Assembly (NCBI GenBank): GCA_025594325.1
Contig: JANHCV010000016.1
Span: 496,001 to 560,000 of the forward strand
Direction: 5' to 3'
Source of the DNA: Blastocladiella emersonii ATCC 22665
Lineage: Eukaryota > Fungi > Blastocladiomycota
DNA length: 64,000 nucleotides
The notes under the pieces are model-generated. The model was given only the letters and a program-made list of their open reading frames with translations, searched no databases and had not been told where the DNA came from. Made by a program: the position numbers and the translations under genes. Shown piece after piece: positions 34,442-46,501 of this stretch (positions within the stretch are counted from its first letter, which is position 1; the number at the start of each line of letters is the position of its first letter).

Positions 34442-36698
34442 TCAGACGGCGCCGAGCGACATGAGGCCGACCTGGGTCTGCAGCACCTCCATGGCCATCT
34501 TGACCTCGAGGTGGCGGCGCGCTTCCCGCAGCCAGCCCTCGGCCAGGATCTTGGGCCACCCGGCGAGGGCGTTGAGCTCGCGCGTCGCCGCCTCGAGGTC
34601 CTCGCGCTGCAGGTGCCACTCGACGCGCGCCAGCACGCTCTCGACGCCGCCCTCCTTGTACAGCGCCGGCGTCTTGGGGATCATGAGCGCTGACAGCGCC
34701 CGCGACACCGTGTACGACAGGAACCCGACCGGCGGCACGTCCGTGCCCTGCGCCGTCGCCCCGGACTTGGCCGCCGCCGTGCGGATCGCGTCGCCCGCCG
34801 CCGACGACTCGGGTAGCATCGACGCCACCAGCGCCGCGAGCGACTGCACGCTGTCGTTCTCGCCCGACGCCGGCAGCAGCGCCGCGCGCCGCACCTCGGG
34901 CACCACCGACTGCGTGAACCGCACGTGCAGCTCCGGGAACGACGCGATCCCCGCGTTCTGCGTGTCGGCGTCGACCGTGTCCAGCACGCTGCGCATCAGC
35001 TCGTCGCCGAGCGTCAGCTTGCGCAGCAGCTCCCACTGCGCCCGGAACGGCATCGACCGCGCCGCCGTGCGGCCCGCCGCGCTCGTGTCGAACAGCGTCG
35101 CGTGCAGCGCCTGCAGCGCAGAGTACAGCGAGTGCACGTGGTACGACGAGTGCAGCTTTTCGGCGTTGATGAAGCAGATCTTCTCCAGGTACTTGAGCTT
35201 CAGCGTCAGGTGGTCGAGCCGCGCGAGCCGCCCGCTGCGCTCGTGGTCCAGGCGGTCCTGCAGCTGGCGCCGCCACGTCGCCTCGAGCTCCTTGGCCTGC
35301 GTCGAGAGCAGCTCACGCGTCGCCGCCGCCCACTGCTGCTCGTACGCCGCCAGCGTCGCCGCGTGCTTGCCCTCCTCGGATGCCAGCGCCGCCGCGCCGG
35401 CCGCCTCGACCTGGGCGCGCTCCGCGGCAAACTGCGCGCGCAGGGCGTCCTCGTGCGTCGCGAGCACCGCGCGGAACTCCTCGGCCTGCTGGGCGAGGAC
35501 CGCCGTCACGAGCTCGTTCTGCTCGTCGGTGAGCAGGTCGAGCTGCGTCGCCACGGCGTCGAGGTCGTGCTCGGCCGACTGCAGCACCTCGCGGATCTTG
35601 TTGTACGACGGGCGCACCGACGGCGACGTCTGCGCGAGCGCGCTCATGATGGCGTTGAGCCGGTTGAGCGAGTGCTGCAGCGAGTCGACGGCCTTGGACC
35701 GGCCCTCGGGCCGCTTGCGCGGCGCAGCGTCCTCGACGAGCAACGCGGCATCGGCACCCGACAGGGACTCGAGCGCGGCCTGCACCTTGGCGGGGGCCTC
35801 CTCGGCGCCCTTGGCCGCAGCCACGGTCGCAGCGGCGGTCGACGCGGCAGCCACGACGGCGGCAGCGGCGGCCTCGACGGGGACGACGGCCTCCGCGGTC
35901 GTGGCAGCGGCAGCGGCAGCGACGGGCTCCTCGGGCGCGCGGGCAGCCTTGGCCTCGCGGGCGGGCGACGCGGCGCGCTTCGCCGGCTGCTTCTTGGCGG
36001 CGGGAGCAGCGGGCTGCTCGGGCGCGGGCGTCGCAGCAGGAACGACGGGCTCCTCGGCCTTGGCGGCAGGAGCGGGAGCCGCGACCTCACGCTGCACGGG
36101 CGCGGGCGTGGGAGCGGCGACGCGGGCAGGCGCGGGCGCGGAGACGGTCTCGCGGACAGCCTCCTTGACCTTGACCTCGGCCTGCTTGGCGACGGTCACG
36201 ACAGTGCTCTCGACGGTCTTGGTGCCGGCGGCGAGCGCGTCCCACGGGAGCATGGGCGCCGAGGCCTTGAGCTTGTTGCGGAACGGCTCGTCGTTGGCCG
36301 CGTGGTACAGGGTGCCGGCCACACCGACCATAGTCAGGAACAGCGTCGAGTAGAGCACGCGCTTGAAGCCCGAGCCGGCCGCGGACGAGCCGGCGTCCTC
36401 GAACGGCTCCTCGTCGGGCTTGCTGATCTTGGGCTCAGGCTTGGCGGCGGCAGCGGACGTCGCGGCAGCAGGCGAAGCGGCAGCAGCGGCGGGGGCCGTG
36501 GTCGGAGCGGCAGCGGGCGTCTCCGGCTTGGGGGCTTCGGTGGAGAGCGGGCGCGCCGAGTGGGGCAGCTACACTCGCAGGACACACGTCAGGGTCTCGA
36601 CCCAGGCGATCAGAGGTCGCAGAGGCACACACCAGGGCAGCCGAGGCCTGGCGAGCTGCCAGGGAGCGCGCGGCGGAGAAGCGCGAGAGGCGGAGCAT
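34442..36698 (-). CDS. MIC60: MICOS subunit Mic60 (mitofilin), 2 exons
   Basis: Presequence MLRLSRFSAARSLAARQ; intron 36569-36632; single TM (VLYSTLFLTMVGVAGTLY); coiled coil; C-term mitofilin domain VESVLARVEWHLQREDLEAATRELNALAGWPKILAEGWLREARRHLEV. Confidence 0.92.
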
Positions 36699-37045
36699 GG
36701 TGGGTGGAGACTCTCGAGTCGCCGCAGTCGCCGTGGACGGTCGTTGAGGGCGCGATCGGGGCGGCCGTCTGAAGCTACGTGGTTTGCCGCAAGTGAGCGG
36801 GAGAGGCGGGGTCCGTCAGAGTGTGCCGGGGGTGATGAAGGGGGTCGGCAGCAGCGGCCGCGGTGGTCGCCGCCGACCCGAGCCTGTTGATCGCCCTGTC
36901 AGGTGAGCTCGCGTCTTGCCATATATCATACTCGCTCGCGGGAATATCACGGCGGAGGCACACGGCAAGAAAAGGTGGGGACATGATACATTTACACAGC
37001 TAACCAAGACTAAATCACACTCCAGGCGGCTTGGGGACCGGCCAT

Positions 37046-37615
37046 CTACTTGCGGCCGCGGCCACGGCGCCCAACCATCTGGAAGCCGTCCTCGTCGACC
37101 ACGGGCCCGCGCCGCTGCGGCTCGGCCTCAGTGCCATCCACCTGCATGCCGTCCTCGCCCGCGGGCGGGGCCGTGAGCGGGGCCGGCTCGTCCTCGCCGT
37201 CGCTGCCAGAGTCGTCCGAGTCGGAGTCGGCCTGGGCCGCGCGGCTGGCCGTCGGCAGGCGCGTGTTGGGGAACTGCTTGCGCAGGGCGTCGACGCGCGC
37301 GTAGTTGCCCGCGGCGCAGTCCTTGTACATGAGGTAGAGCACCTTGCCCATCTCGTAGCCCGAGTTGTCCTCGAGAATCGTCTTGAACTCCTCGCTCATC
37401 ACGTCGTCGAGCACGTCGGCAATGTCGTCGACGTCGATCTTGTGGCCCTCGTCGACGAGGTACTCGGCCACTGTGTTCATGAACCACTTGGCCTTGTCCT
37501 CGGACTCGTGCCCGCCCCACCCCTGCTCCACGGCCGTGCGCAGGGCAAACCAGTTGGACAGGAGCAGCGTGACGCCGTCGTGCAGCTGCTGGGCGTGCGC
37601 AGAGTTCATGGCCAT
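37046..37615 (-). CDS. TSR2: Pre-rRNA-processing protein Tsr2 (WGG domain)
   Basis: LLSNWFALRTAVEQGWGG, DDIADVLDDVMSEEFKTILEDNS, C-term DEDGFQMVGRR. Confidence 0.9.
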   Translation of the reverse strand: MAMNSAHAQQLHDGVTLLLSNWFALRTAVEQGWGGHESEDKAKWFMNTVAEYLVDEGHKIDVDDIADVLDDVMSEEFKTILEDNSGYEMGKVLYLMYKDCAAGNYARVDALRKQFPNTRLPTASRAAQADSDSDDSGSDGEDEPAPLTAPPAGEDGMQVDGTEAEPQRRGPVVDEDGFQMVGRRGRGRK

Positions 37616-37826
37616 TGTTATGCGGGTTTCTTGAGGGTTCGCAAGTGGGGAGGGCGATGGCGTTGCAAAGAGGAACATCGAGGTGCCCATCGCAACGGGT
37701 CAGCGCGCATCACCTGACGGCAGCGCAGCCACTCGCATCTACGCGTTGCTCCCCGCCGTCGCCCTGCATCGCGACCATCACAGAGCGATCCCGACGTGAA
37801 CGTGAGAACGTAACCACGAAGACACC

Positions 37827-38794
37827 ATGAAAACGCCGCGCGACATCAAGAACAAGCACAAGCGCGAGGACGTGTACCACAAGCAGAAGGCGGAGCGCAA
37901 CCGCGAGAAGCACGAGGAGCGCAAGCGGCGCAAGAAGCTCGAGGACGCCAACCCGGAGCTGCGCGAGGAGCGCCTCAAGAAGAACATCCCGCGCACCATC
38001 GAGAACGCCAAGGAGTACCAGGAGGCCATTGTCGGCGACGACGAGGAGGTGTTTGCCGACGAGGACACGGACGAGTTTGCCTCGTACTTCCTCGAGGGCC
38101 GCGCGCCCAAGATGTGCGTCACCACCAACATGCGCCCGAGCAAGGACCTGCACCAGTTTGCCAAGGAGTTTGCCCGCATGTTCCCGACCGCCGAGGTGCG
38201 CAAGCGCGGCGGTTTCGAGATCAAGGAGATCATCAGCTACTGCAAGGAGCGCGACTACACGGACCTGATTGTGCTGCACGAGGACAAGAAGCAGGACGGC
38301 CCGAGTACGTATTCTGCATCGACCATGCGCGCCGTGACCGTGCTGACTTGTCGTCTCGCTGAACAGACGCGGCCATCTTCATCCACCTGCCCGACGGTCC
38401 GACCGCCTACTTCAAGCTGTCCAACATCAAGCTCTCGCACGAGATCAACGGCGGCCCTAAGGTGTCGCCGCACCACCCGGAGATCATCCTCAACAACTTC
38501 AACACGCGGCTCGGCCACACGATCGGGCGGTACTTTGCGACCATGTTCCCGCCAGTGCCTGAGTTCGAGGGCCGGCAGGTCGTCACGTTCCACAACCAGC
38601 GCGACTTCATCTTCGTGCGGCGGCACCGCTACGTGTTCGAGAACAAAGAGAAGGTCAAGCTGCAGGAGCTCGGGCCCAAGTTCACCATGAAGCTGCGCTG
38701 GCTGCAGAAGGGCACCTTCGACACCAAGTACGGCGACTACGAGTGGTCGTTCGCCCAGAAGATGGAGACGTCGCGGAGGAAGTTCTTCCTGTAA
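37827..38794 (+). CDS. RPF1: Ribosome production factor 1 (Brix domain), 2 exons
   Basis: [25 protein letters not shown]; intron 38305-38366; [74 protein letters not shown]. Confidence 0.93.
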
Positions 38795-39058
38795 GCGCTT
38801 GCCGCGGTCGTCGCTGCTCGCGTGCTCGACCTTGTCCCTGTATTATACTAGTAGAAACCCCTGTCTTTGGTCCAATCTGCGACTTTTCGTGAGTTTGCCA
38901 TCGGATGGCCGGCGTGGAGAAGAGCGTCGCGCCGTGACGTAACCACGAGGGCCGCGCGTCGATCAACACGGCCGGCGACCGCTCCTCTCCCTCCCCTCAC
39001 AAACCCTTGAACCTCAGGGACTACACCGCTCTCTGCAACGTTATCAACAACCTGAACC

Positions 39059-39997
39059 ATGCTCCGCACACTCGTGTCCACCGCCGCCGTGGCGCGCCTG
39101 CCGCGCGCGGCCTCTGCTGCCATGATGTCCACGGCCGGGCCATCGGGCTCCATCGACGACGTCCGCCAGACGCTCCTCAGCACGGCGCTGTCGCTCGTCC
39201 CCGAGCACTCCTTCACGGACAAGGCCATTGCCGAGGCCGCCAAGCTGCACAACTTCCCGCCCACGATCCGCGGCCTGGCCCCGCACGGCACCCGCGATCT
39301 CATCGAGCACCTCTTCGAGGAGGGCATCTCGGTCGTGCGCGCCGAGCACGAGCTTCTTCTCGCGTACGGCCTCGTCGGTGCAAGCAATTCGCGTTGCCGA
39401 TGACTCACGGCGCCCATCGCGACGCGACGCGTGTAGCGAGAACCCCGACAAGAAGCCCGGCATGACCAAGACCGTCACGCACCTGTCGCGCAAGCGCCTC
39501 GAGTTCATGGCGCCGTACATCCAGCAGTGGCCCGAAGCTGTGAAGGTCCTGGCGCATCCGACCAACGTGCCGTTTGCGCTGCACCACCTGCACAAGCTCG
39601 TCGACGAGATGTGGTTCTTGGCTGGCGACAAGAGCTACGACGTATGAATTCTCTCCTCCGCTGCCACCCCGCCGCGTCGCTGACCCTCGCGTCAACCCGC
39701 GCGTAGACCAACTACTACACGAAGCGCGCGCTGCTCGCCGGTGTCTACTCGTCGACGGAGCTGTTCATGACGACCGACCGGTCGCCGGGCTACGCCAACA
39801 CGTGGGCGTTCCTGGACGCGCGGTTCAAGGACTCGGCCAAGATCGGCAAGGCGTCGAGTCAGTTCAAAACCCAGGCCGAGTGGGCCGCCAACAACCTCAA
39901 GGGTATCCTCATGTCGGTACGCGCGATCCTGCGAGCTGCCGCTCCGCAACGAGCACTAACGCTTCCCCTCGCCATGTAGCGCGGTGTCCGGTTCTAG
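39059..39997 (+). CDS. COQ9: Ubiquinone biosynthesis protein Coq9, 4 exons
   Basis: LLSTALSLVPEHSFT, RKRLEFMAPYIQQWPEA, LVDEMWFLAGDKSYD/TNYYTKRALLAGVYSSTELFMTTDRSP..TWAFLDAR, joined across three GT-AG introns. Confidence 0.92.
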
Positions 39998-40019
39998 GGG
40001 AGTCGGAACGAGTATATCA

Positions 40020-41902
40020 TCACCCTTTCTTGTCGTCGTCACTCTTCTCCTTTTTGCCAAAGAATGCGGAAATCGATCGTTGCTTCGGATCCGCCGCCTT
40101 CTGCTTGGCCGCCGCCGTGACGCGCTTGGCCTTGGTCGACGCCGCGGCCTTGGCAGCAGCGCCCTTGCCCTTGGGCCTCTTGTCGAGGAGCGCGAGCGCC
40201 TTCTTCATCCCCGTCGAGACCGCATCCTCGTGCAGCTCGTCGACCGTGAGCCACCGCACCGCGCGCTCGCCGAGCTCGGCCGCGCTCACGTCGTCGCCGG
40301 TGCCCTCGGGACACCGCACGCGGTACACCTGCATCGTTTGGCGGATGTGCGAGAAGAGGTGCACCACGGACCCGAGCGGCTCGAGCTCCGCGCTGTCGCC
40401 CGCGACGACCGTCGCGAGCGCCGCCACCGTGTCCATGTCCGCGCGGTTCGGGAACTCCCACATGCCCGCGAGCAGACCCGTCGCCGGCCGCTGCGACACG
40501 AGCAGCTTGCCATCGCCCGCGCGGTGCAGCAGACACACGTGGATCGTCTCCTCGCGCGGCGCCTTCTTCTTGGGCTTGCGCGGGAAGTCGGTTGCGGTCG
40601 TCGGCGGGTCCGTCGCCGCCTCGGACCACGTTGAACACGCGTCGCAGGTGCAGCTCAGGTCGCGGCCCGGCGTCGCAGCCCAGCACGACGCGCGGATCGG
40701 GCATGTGTCGCAGCTCGGCGACGTCGGCGTGCACACGAGCGCGCCGAGCTCCATGAGCGCCTCGTTGAACGGACCTGGTCGTGACGGGTCGACGAGCGCG
40801 GCCGCCAGTTTCCTAGATTCGAGTAGTTGGTAAGTGGGGTGGTCGAGGCGCAGCAGACTGAGGTAACGCACCAGTGTAGGTCGATGGACTTCTTGGCCTT
40901 GGGATCGCCGCCGAGCGCGCGCAGGCGCGAGAGCACGCGGACCACGTTCCCGTCGACGAGCGGGGCGCGCTGGCCGTACGCAATGGACGCAATGGCGCCC
41001 GCCGTGTACTTGCCAATGCCCCCAATCTCCTTCTCGAGCCGCTCGGCCGTCTCGGGTAGTGCGCCGCCGTACTTTTCGACGAGCAGTCGAGCCGACTCGA
41101 GCAGCCGGCGCCCGCGCGAGTAGTACCCGAGCCCGGCCCACGCCTGGTTGACCTCCTCGATGTCGGCCTCCGCGAGCGCGTGCACCGTCGGCCACCGCGC
41201 CATCCACTTTTCGTAGTACGGGATCACGGTCGCGACCTGCGTCTGCTGGCACATGATCTCGCTCACCCACACCTCGTACGCGCGCTGGCCGCGGTCGGCG
41301 GGCCCGGTGGCCGTCGTAGCAGGAGCGGCCGAGCTGACGGCGGGCGACTTGCGCTTGAGGCGAGGGCGCGGATCGGTGCCAGCGTCCGAGTCCTCGAACG
41401 AGCTACCGGCGTCGTCGTCATCGTCGTCGCTGGAGGAGGGGAGCTCGGCCTCGCTGGCTGAGGACTCGGCGGCTGAGGCGGGCCGATCCGCGCCGTCGTC
41501 ATCGTCCGAGCCGTAATCGACCGTCAAACGCGCGCGCTTGCTCGCCTGCACGGCAGCTGCGCGGCGAGGGCGCTTCACTGGCGAAGACGGGTCCGCTGCT
41601 GGTGGCGATGCGGCAGCAGAAGCCTCGGGCTCGACGCGCAAGGGCTTCGGGGAGGGCAGCACAAGCTCGGACACGGCGGCCGTTGCGACGGCGGGCGCCT
41701 CAGTCGACGTCGAGGCCTCGGGTTCGGCATCGACGCCGCCGGACACGCTCGTGCTAGGGCCGTAGCGGCGCCACGGGAGGTCGCGGCGGTGGACGTCGAA
41801 CCAGCCGAGCAGCTGCGAGCGGATGGCGGCCAGCTCGCGCGTCGCAAATGCGTGCGGCACGGGCGTGTCCTCGATGTCGGTCAGGTCATCGGCGCTACTC
41901 AT
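40020..41902 (-). CDS. MUTYH: A/G-specific adenine DNA glycosylase MutY, 2 exons
   Basis: [32 protein letters not shown], Hh[26 protein letters not shown], 4Fe-4[23 protein letters not shown]-like [10 protein letters not shown]; one intron (GTGCGT..TCTAG) near 40813-40871. Confidence 0.95.
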
Positions 41903-42113
41903 GTTTCATGGCAAGAAGGGCAGTCGATGAGAGAGAAGAGGGAGAAGGGACCACGAGCGAAGGTCGGCACCGACCACGGCTCAGCCAGCGCGGTATCCTC
42001 ACTTCTCCCTCCTCACACCTTCACACTTCCATGAAGCAGGCGCCACCACGCCATAGTGAATGCAACGCGCCCTGATCTGTGCCACGAATCGACTTGCTCC
42101 GCTTTTGGCGACC

Positions 42114-43415
42114 ATGACGACGACCTTGCGCCTCTTCGGTTCGTGTCGCGGCCGAGCCGAGCCCTACTGCGACCCTGCATACTGACGAGCAGTCCGACGA
42201 GAGGACAGACATTGGACTGAACCTTACGGATCCCATGTTCCGTGGCGAGTACCATGGGAAGCAGAAGCACGCTGGTACGGCGCTCCGAGCAGGCCCGACT
42301 GCTCGGAGGAAGTCGCTGATGGACGGTTGCTGCATGGTAGAAGACCTGGTCGCGGTCCTGGAGCGCGCCAAGGCGAGCGGCGTCGAGCGCATGATGGTGA
42401 CGGGCGGCAACCTCAAGGAGTCGCGCGAGGCGCTCGCGCTGGCCAAGGAGCACGGTGCGGCGTCGTGTCCGCTCGTAAAGCACGACGGGGGCCACTCACC
42501 CTTGCTCGTGTAGACGGGCTCTACTCGACGGTCGGCGTGCACCCGACGCGATGCCTCGACTTTGGCGACGATCCCGACGCGTACTATGGCGAGCTCCTCG
42601 CGCTCGCGCAGGAGGGCAAGCGTGCCGGCAAGGTGGTGGCGATCGGCGAGTGCGGGCTCGACTATGACCGGCTGCATTTTTGCCCGGCCGACGTGCAGCG
42701 GACCTACTTTGCGCGCCAATTTGAACTGGCGCGCGAGACGGGCCTGCCCATGTTCCTCCACGACCGCAACCCCGGGAGTACGTGTCTCTGGGGTGCTTCA
42801 CGGGTACCTGGCCGCTGACCATCGCCTCAACGCGTAGTGGACATGCACGAGCTGCTGAGCAAGCACCGCGACGCCTTTTCGACGGGCGTGGTGCACAGCT
42901 TCACGGGCACGGTCGAGGAGGTGAAGCGGCACCTGGACCTCGGGCTGTACATTGGCATCAACGGCTGCTCGCTCAAGACGGAGGAGAACCTCGAGATGGT
43001 CAAGGCGATCCCGCTCGACCGGTTGATGCTCGAGACTGGTACGCGCCCGGTCTGCAAGAGCTTGGTGGGCGACATGTCACTCATCCCGAGACCTGGTGTA
43101 GACGCGCCGTGGTGCGACATTCGTCCGACGCACGCGTCGGCTGCGTTTGTCAAGGAGGCGGCCGCGGCGGGCCTCGCACCTGCCTCGCCCAGCGACGCGT
43201 ACCCGTTCCCGGGCTACTTCTTCGCCGAGGCGAACAGCGCCAAGAAGCCCGAGCGGCACCAGGTCGGCAAGATGGTCAAGGGCCGCAACGAGCCGTGCGC
43301 CATGATCAAGGTCCTGCTCGCGGTGGCGGCAGTGCGCGGCGAGGACCCCGCGACGGTCGCCGGGGCCGTGTGGGACAACGCGACGCGCGTTTTCTACCCG
43401 CACGTCGGCGCCTAG
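42114..43415 (+). CDS. TATDN1: TatD-family DNase (TATDN1-like), multi-exon
   Basis: Spliced [81 protein letters not shown]. Confidence 0.9.
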
Positions 43416-43701
43416 ATGTACTATACACATACGTTCATAGCCGAGAGGCCGTAGCGGCGGGAGGTTGTTGAAAGGGCGGGGCCGCGGACATCGGCGTCCC
43501 TGCCGCCGCCCACCGCGCAGCCCACCGCACACCCACCGCACACGAAGCGGGGGACGGCGGCCCCGGCTCGCACGCGCGCGCCGCCCTGCGCTTCGGCGCT
43601 GTTCCCCGTCCCTACAAACACCCCGCCGCACTCCCCCGCTCTCTCTTCGCGCAACCCGCAGCTCCGTCCTCTGCGCACCCTGACCCGCTAAACAACGTGC
43701 A

Positions 43702-46219
43702 ATGATGATGGAATACCTGTTTGGCGCGCCCGCCGTCAAGCCCGAGGTCTTCTCGATCGAGACGCCCGGCGCCCCCGACGTCCCCGGCGAGGGCAAGGTG
43801 CGCACGACGCGTCTCTGCGGGGGCCGCCTTCGTTCCTGTCCGCGGCCGGTTCGTGCTGACGCGTGAGGCCGCGCCCCCGATCGCCCCGTGTGTAGCCGCG
43901 CCGCGCCGCGTACCTCGGCGACAAGGAGCTCACCAGCACGCCCCGCCGCAGTACGTCGTCCTGTTCCTTCCGCATCCTAGAGCATCCAGTTGACGCCGGT
44001 TACTTGCGCACCCGTGTAGCGCCCACCATCTGGGCGACGTTCGCCCGCTCCGCCAAGCTGTACGGCTCCCGCCCGTACCTCGGCCACCGCCCGATCGTCA
44101 ACGGCACCGCGCTGCCCTACGTCTGGCAGACCTACGCCGAGGTCGCCAACCGCGTCAACCACCTCGGGTACGCCCCTTCGTCCTCGCACGAGTCCGCTCC
44201 GTGTAGCGCAGCTCACACTCGTCGCGGCCCCCGTCTAGCTCGGCCCTCGTCGCCAAGAAGCTCAAGGCCGGCGCCAACGTCGGCATCTACTCGATCAACT
44301 GCCCCGAGTGGATGATCTCGGCCCTCGCCCTGTTCCGCCAGAGCATGGTCTCCGTCCCGCTCTACGACACGCTCGGCGACGAGGCCATTGTCCACATCAT
44401 CTCGCAGACCGAGATAGAGCTCGCCTTCGTCTCCGTCGCCAAGCTCAACAACCTCTTCAAGGTGCGCGCCCAGATCCCGACCCTGCGCACCATCGTCACC
44501 TTTGGCGAGGTTGGCGAGGAGGTCGTCAACAAGGCCACCTCGCTCGGCATCGAGCTCATCTCACTTTACGAGATGGAGCACCTCGGCGCCAAGGCGCCCG
44601 CCCCCGAGAACCCGCCCGAGCCCAGTACGTTTCCTGTTCCTAATATTCTGCCTGACCGGACGCAGTGAGGCTTGACTCTGTGGCGCGTCGCGTCGCGTCG
44701 CGTCCTCGCCTACTTCTACTCACTCCATCCCCTCGACTGTGCAGGCACCATCTCTACCATCTGCTACACCTCGGGCACCACGGGCCCCCACCCTAAGGGC
44801 GCTGTCCTCACCCACCACATGTCGGTCTCGACCAACAACGCCGTCACCACCGCCATGAACGCCGGCAAGTTCCCGACCTTTGCCAACGGCGGCGTGCACT
44901 TCAGCTACCTCCCGCTCGCCCACGTCTTTGAGAACACGGTCCAGGTCTTTGCCATCCAGCACGGTGGGTGCGTCGGCTTCTACCAGGGCGACACCCTCAA
45001 GATTCTCGAGGACATCCAGGAGCTCAAGCCCACCTGCTTCATCTCCGTCCCGCGCCTCCTGAACCGCATCTACGACAAGGTCTGGGCCGGCGTTCGCGCC
45101 AAGGTACGGCCGCCACGGCTTCTCGTAGCGCTACCGGCGCGAGACAAGACCGCTCACCTCATTCGCACGCTGTAGGGCGGTATCGGAGAGACGCTGTTCA
45201 ACATGGCCTACAACGCCAAGCTCGAGTCGCTCAAGAACGGCTACAACACGAGCCTGCTGTGGGACACGCTCGTCTTCTCCAAGATCCGCGCCCTGCTCGG
45301 CGGCCGCGTCTCGTTCGTCCTGACGGGCAGTGCGCCGCTCAGCCCCGAGGTCATGCAGTTCCTCCGCGTCGCTCTCGGCGTCGAGGTCATCGAGGGATAC
45401 GGACAGACTGGTACGCTTCGACGCATCCGAGCGCTCACTGCCGCCGTCCGTTCACTCACTCACGCGTTGCCCGTGTGTGTAGAGGTGCACGCTGCCGCCT
45501 GCATCACCTGGTCGGGCGACTACGAGGCCGGCCACGTCGGCGTGCCGCTGCCGTGCAACGAGGTCAAGCTGATCGACGTGCCGTCCATGAACTACACGTC
45601 CAAGGACAAGCCGTTCCCGCGCGGCGAGATCTGCATCCGCGGGCACAACTCGTTCAAGGGCTACTACAAGGAGCCCGAGAAGTCGGCCGAGGCCGTCGAC
45701 AAGGACGGGTGGGTGCACACGGGTGACGTGGGTATGTGGGACGCGCGCGGCCGCCTCGTCATCATCGACCGCGTCAAGAACATCTTCAAGCTGTCGCAGG
45801 GCGAGTACGTGGCTCCCGAGCGCGTCGAGGGCGTGTACCAGCAGCACCCGATCGTCGCCCAGGCGTTCCTGTACGGCCACTCGCTCGAGTCGTACACGGT
45901 GACCGTCGTCGTCCCCGACGAGCCCGAGTTCATCAAGTGGGCCGTCGCCAACCAGTTTGCACCGTCGGTCGAGGCCGCCGACTACAAGGCGCTCGCGGCC
46001 AACCCCGAGGTCGTCAAGAAGGCGCTCGCCACGCTCCAGGAGCACGGCCGCGCGCTCGGCCTCAAGGGCTTCGAGAACCCGCGCGCCCTGCACCTCGAGA
46101 CGGTGCCCTTCTCGGTCGAGAACAACCTCCTCACGCCCACGTTCAAGCTGCGCCGCCACGACGCCCGCGCGTACTACCAGGAGATCCTCGACGGCCTGTA
46201 CCGCTCCATCAACGAGTAG
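43702..46219 (+). CDS. Long-chain fatty acyl-CoA synthetase (ACSL-like), multi-exon
   Basis: YVWQTY, SVPLYDTLG, ICYTSGTTG, SYLPLAH, ISVPRLLNR, TGSAPL, EGYGQT, PRGEICIRG, HTGDVG, IIDRVKNIFKLSQGEYVAPE, LLTPTFKLRR. Confidence 0.93.
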
Positions 46220-46501
46220 CGGGTGGCTCTCCATCAATTTGCGTGTTTCCTGTCGTTCTATTATTCGAATCGTTTTCTTGCTGAGCTAATCGGCAACGTT
46301 CCCGGTGATGTGTGGGCAGGGGTGGTGCAAGGCGAGAGAGAAAATGCGTCTCACACTGCTCACATGATTTCGCGGCGCGTGGGCCAAGTGTCTCGCACCG
46401 CCACCGCCGCAGCTCCGGCACACACACACGCGCATGATCGAGCACCCAATAGTTATGCTCTCTCCTCAATCGCAAATGTAACTTAACTTAATGCACCTAT
46501 C

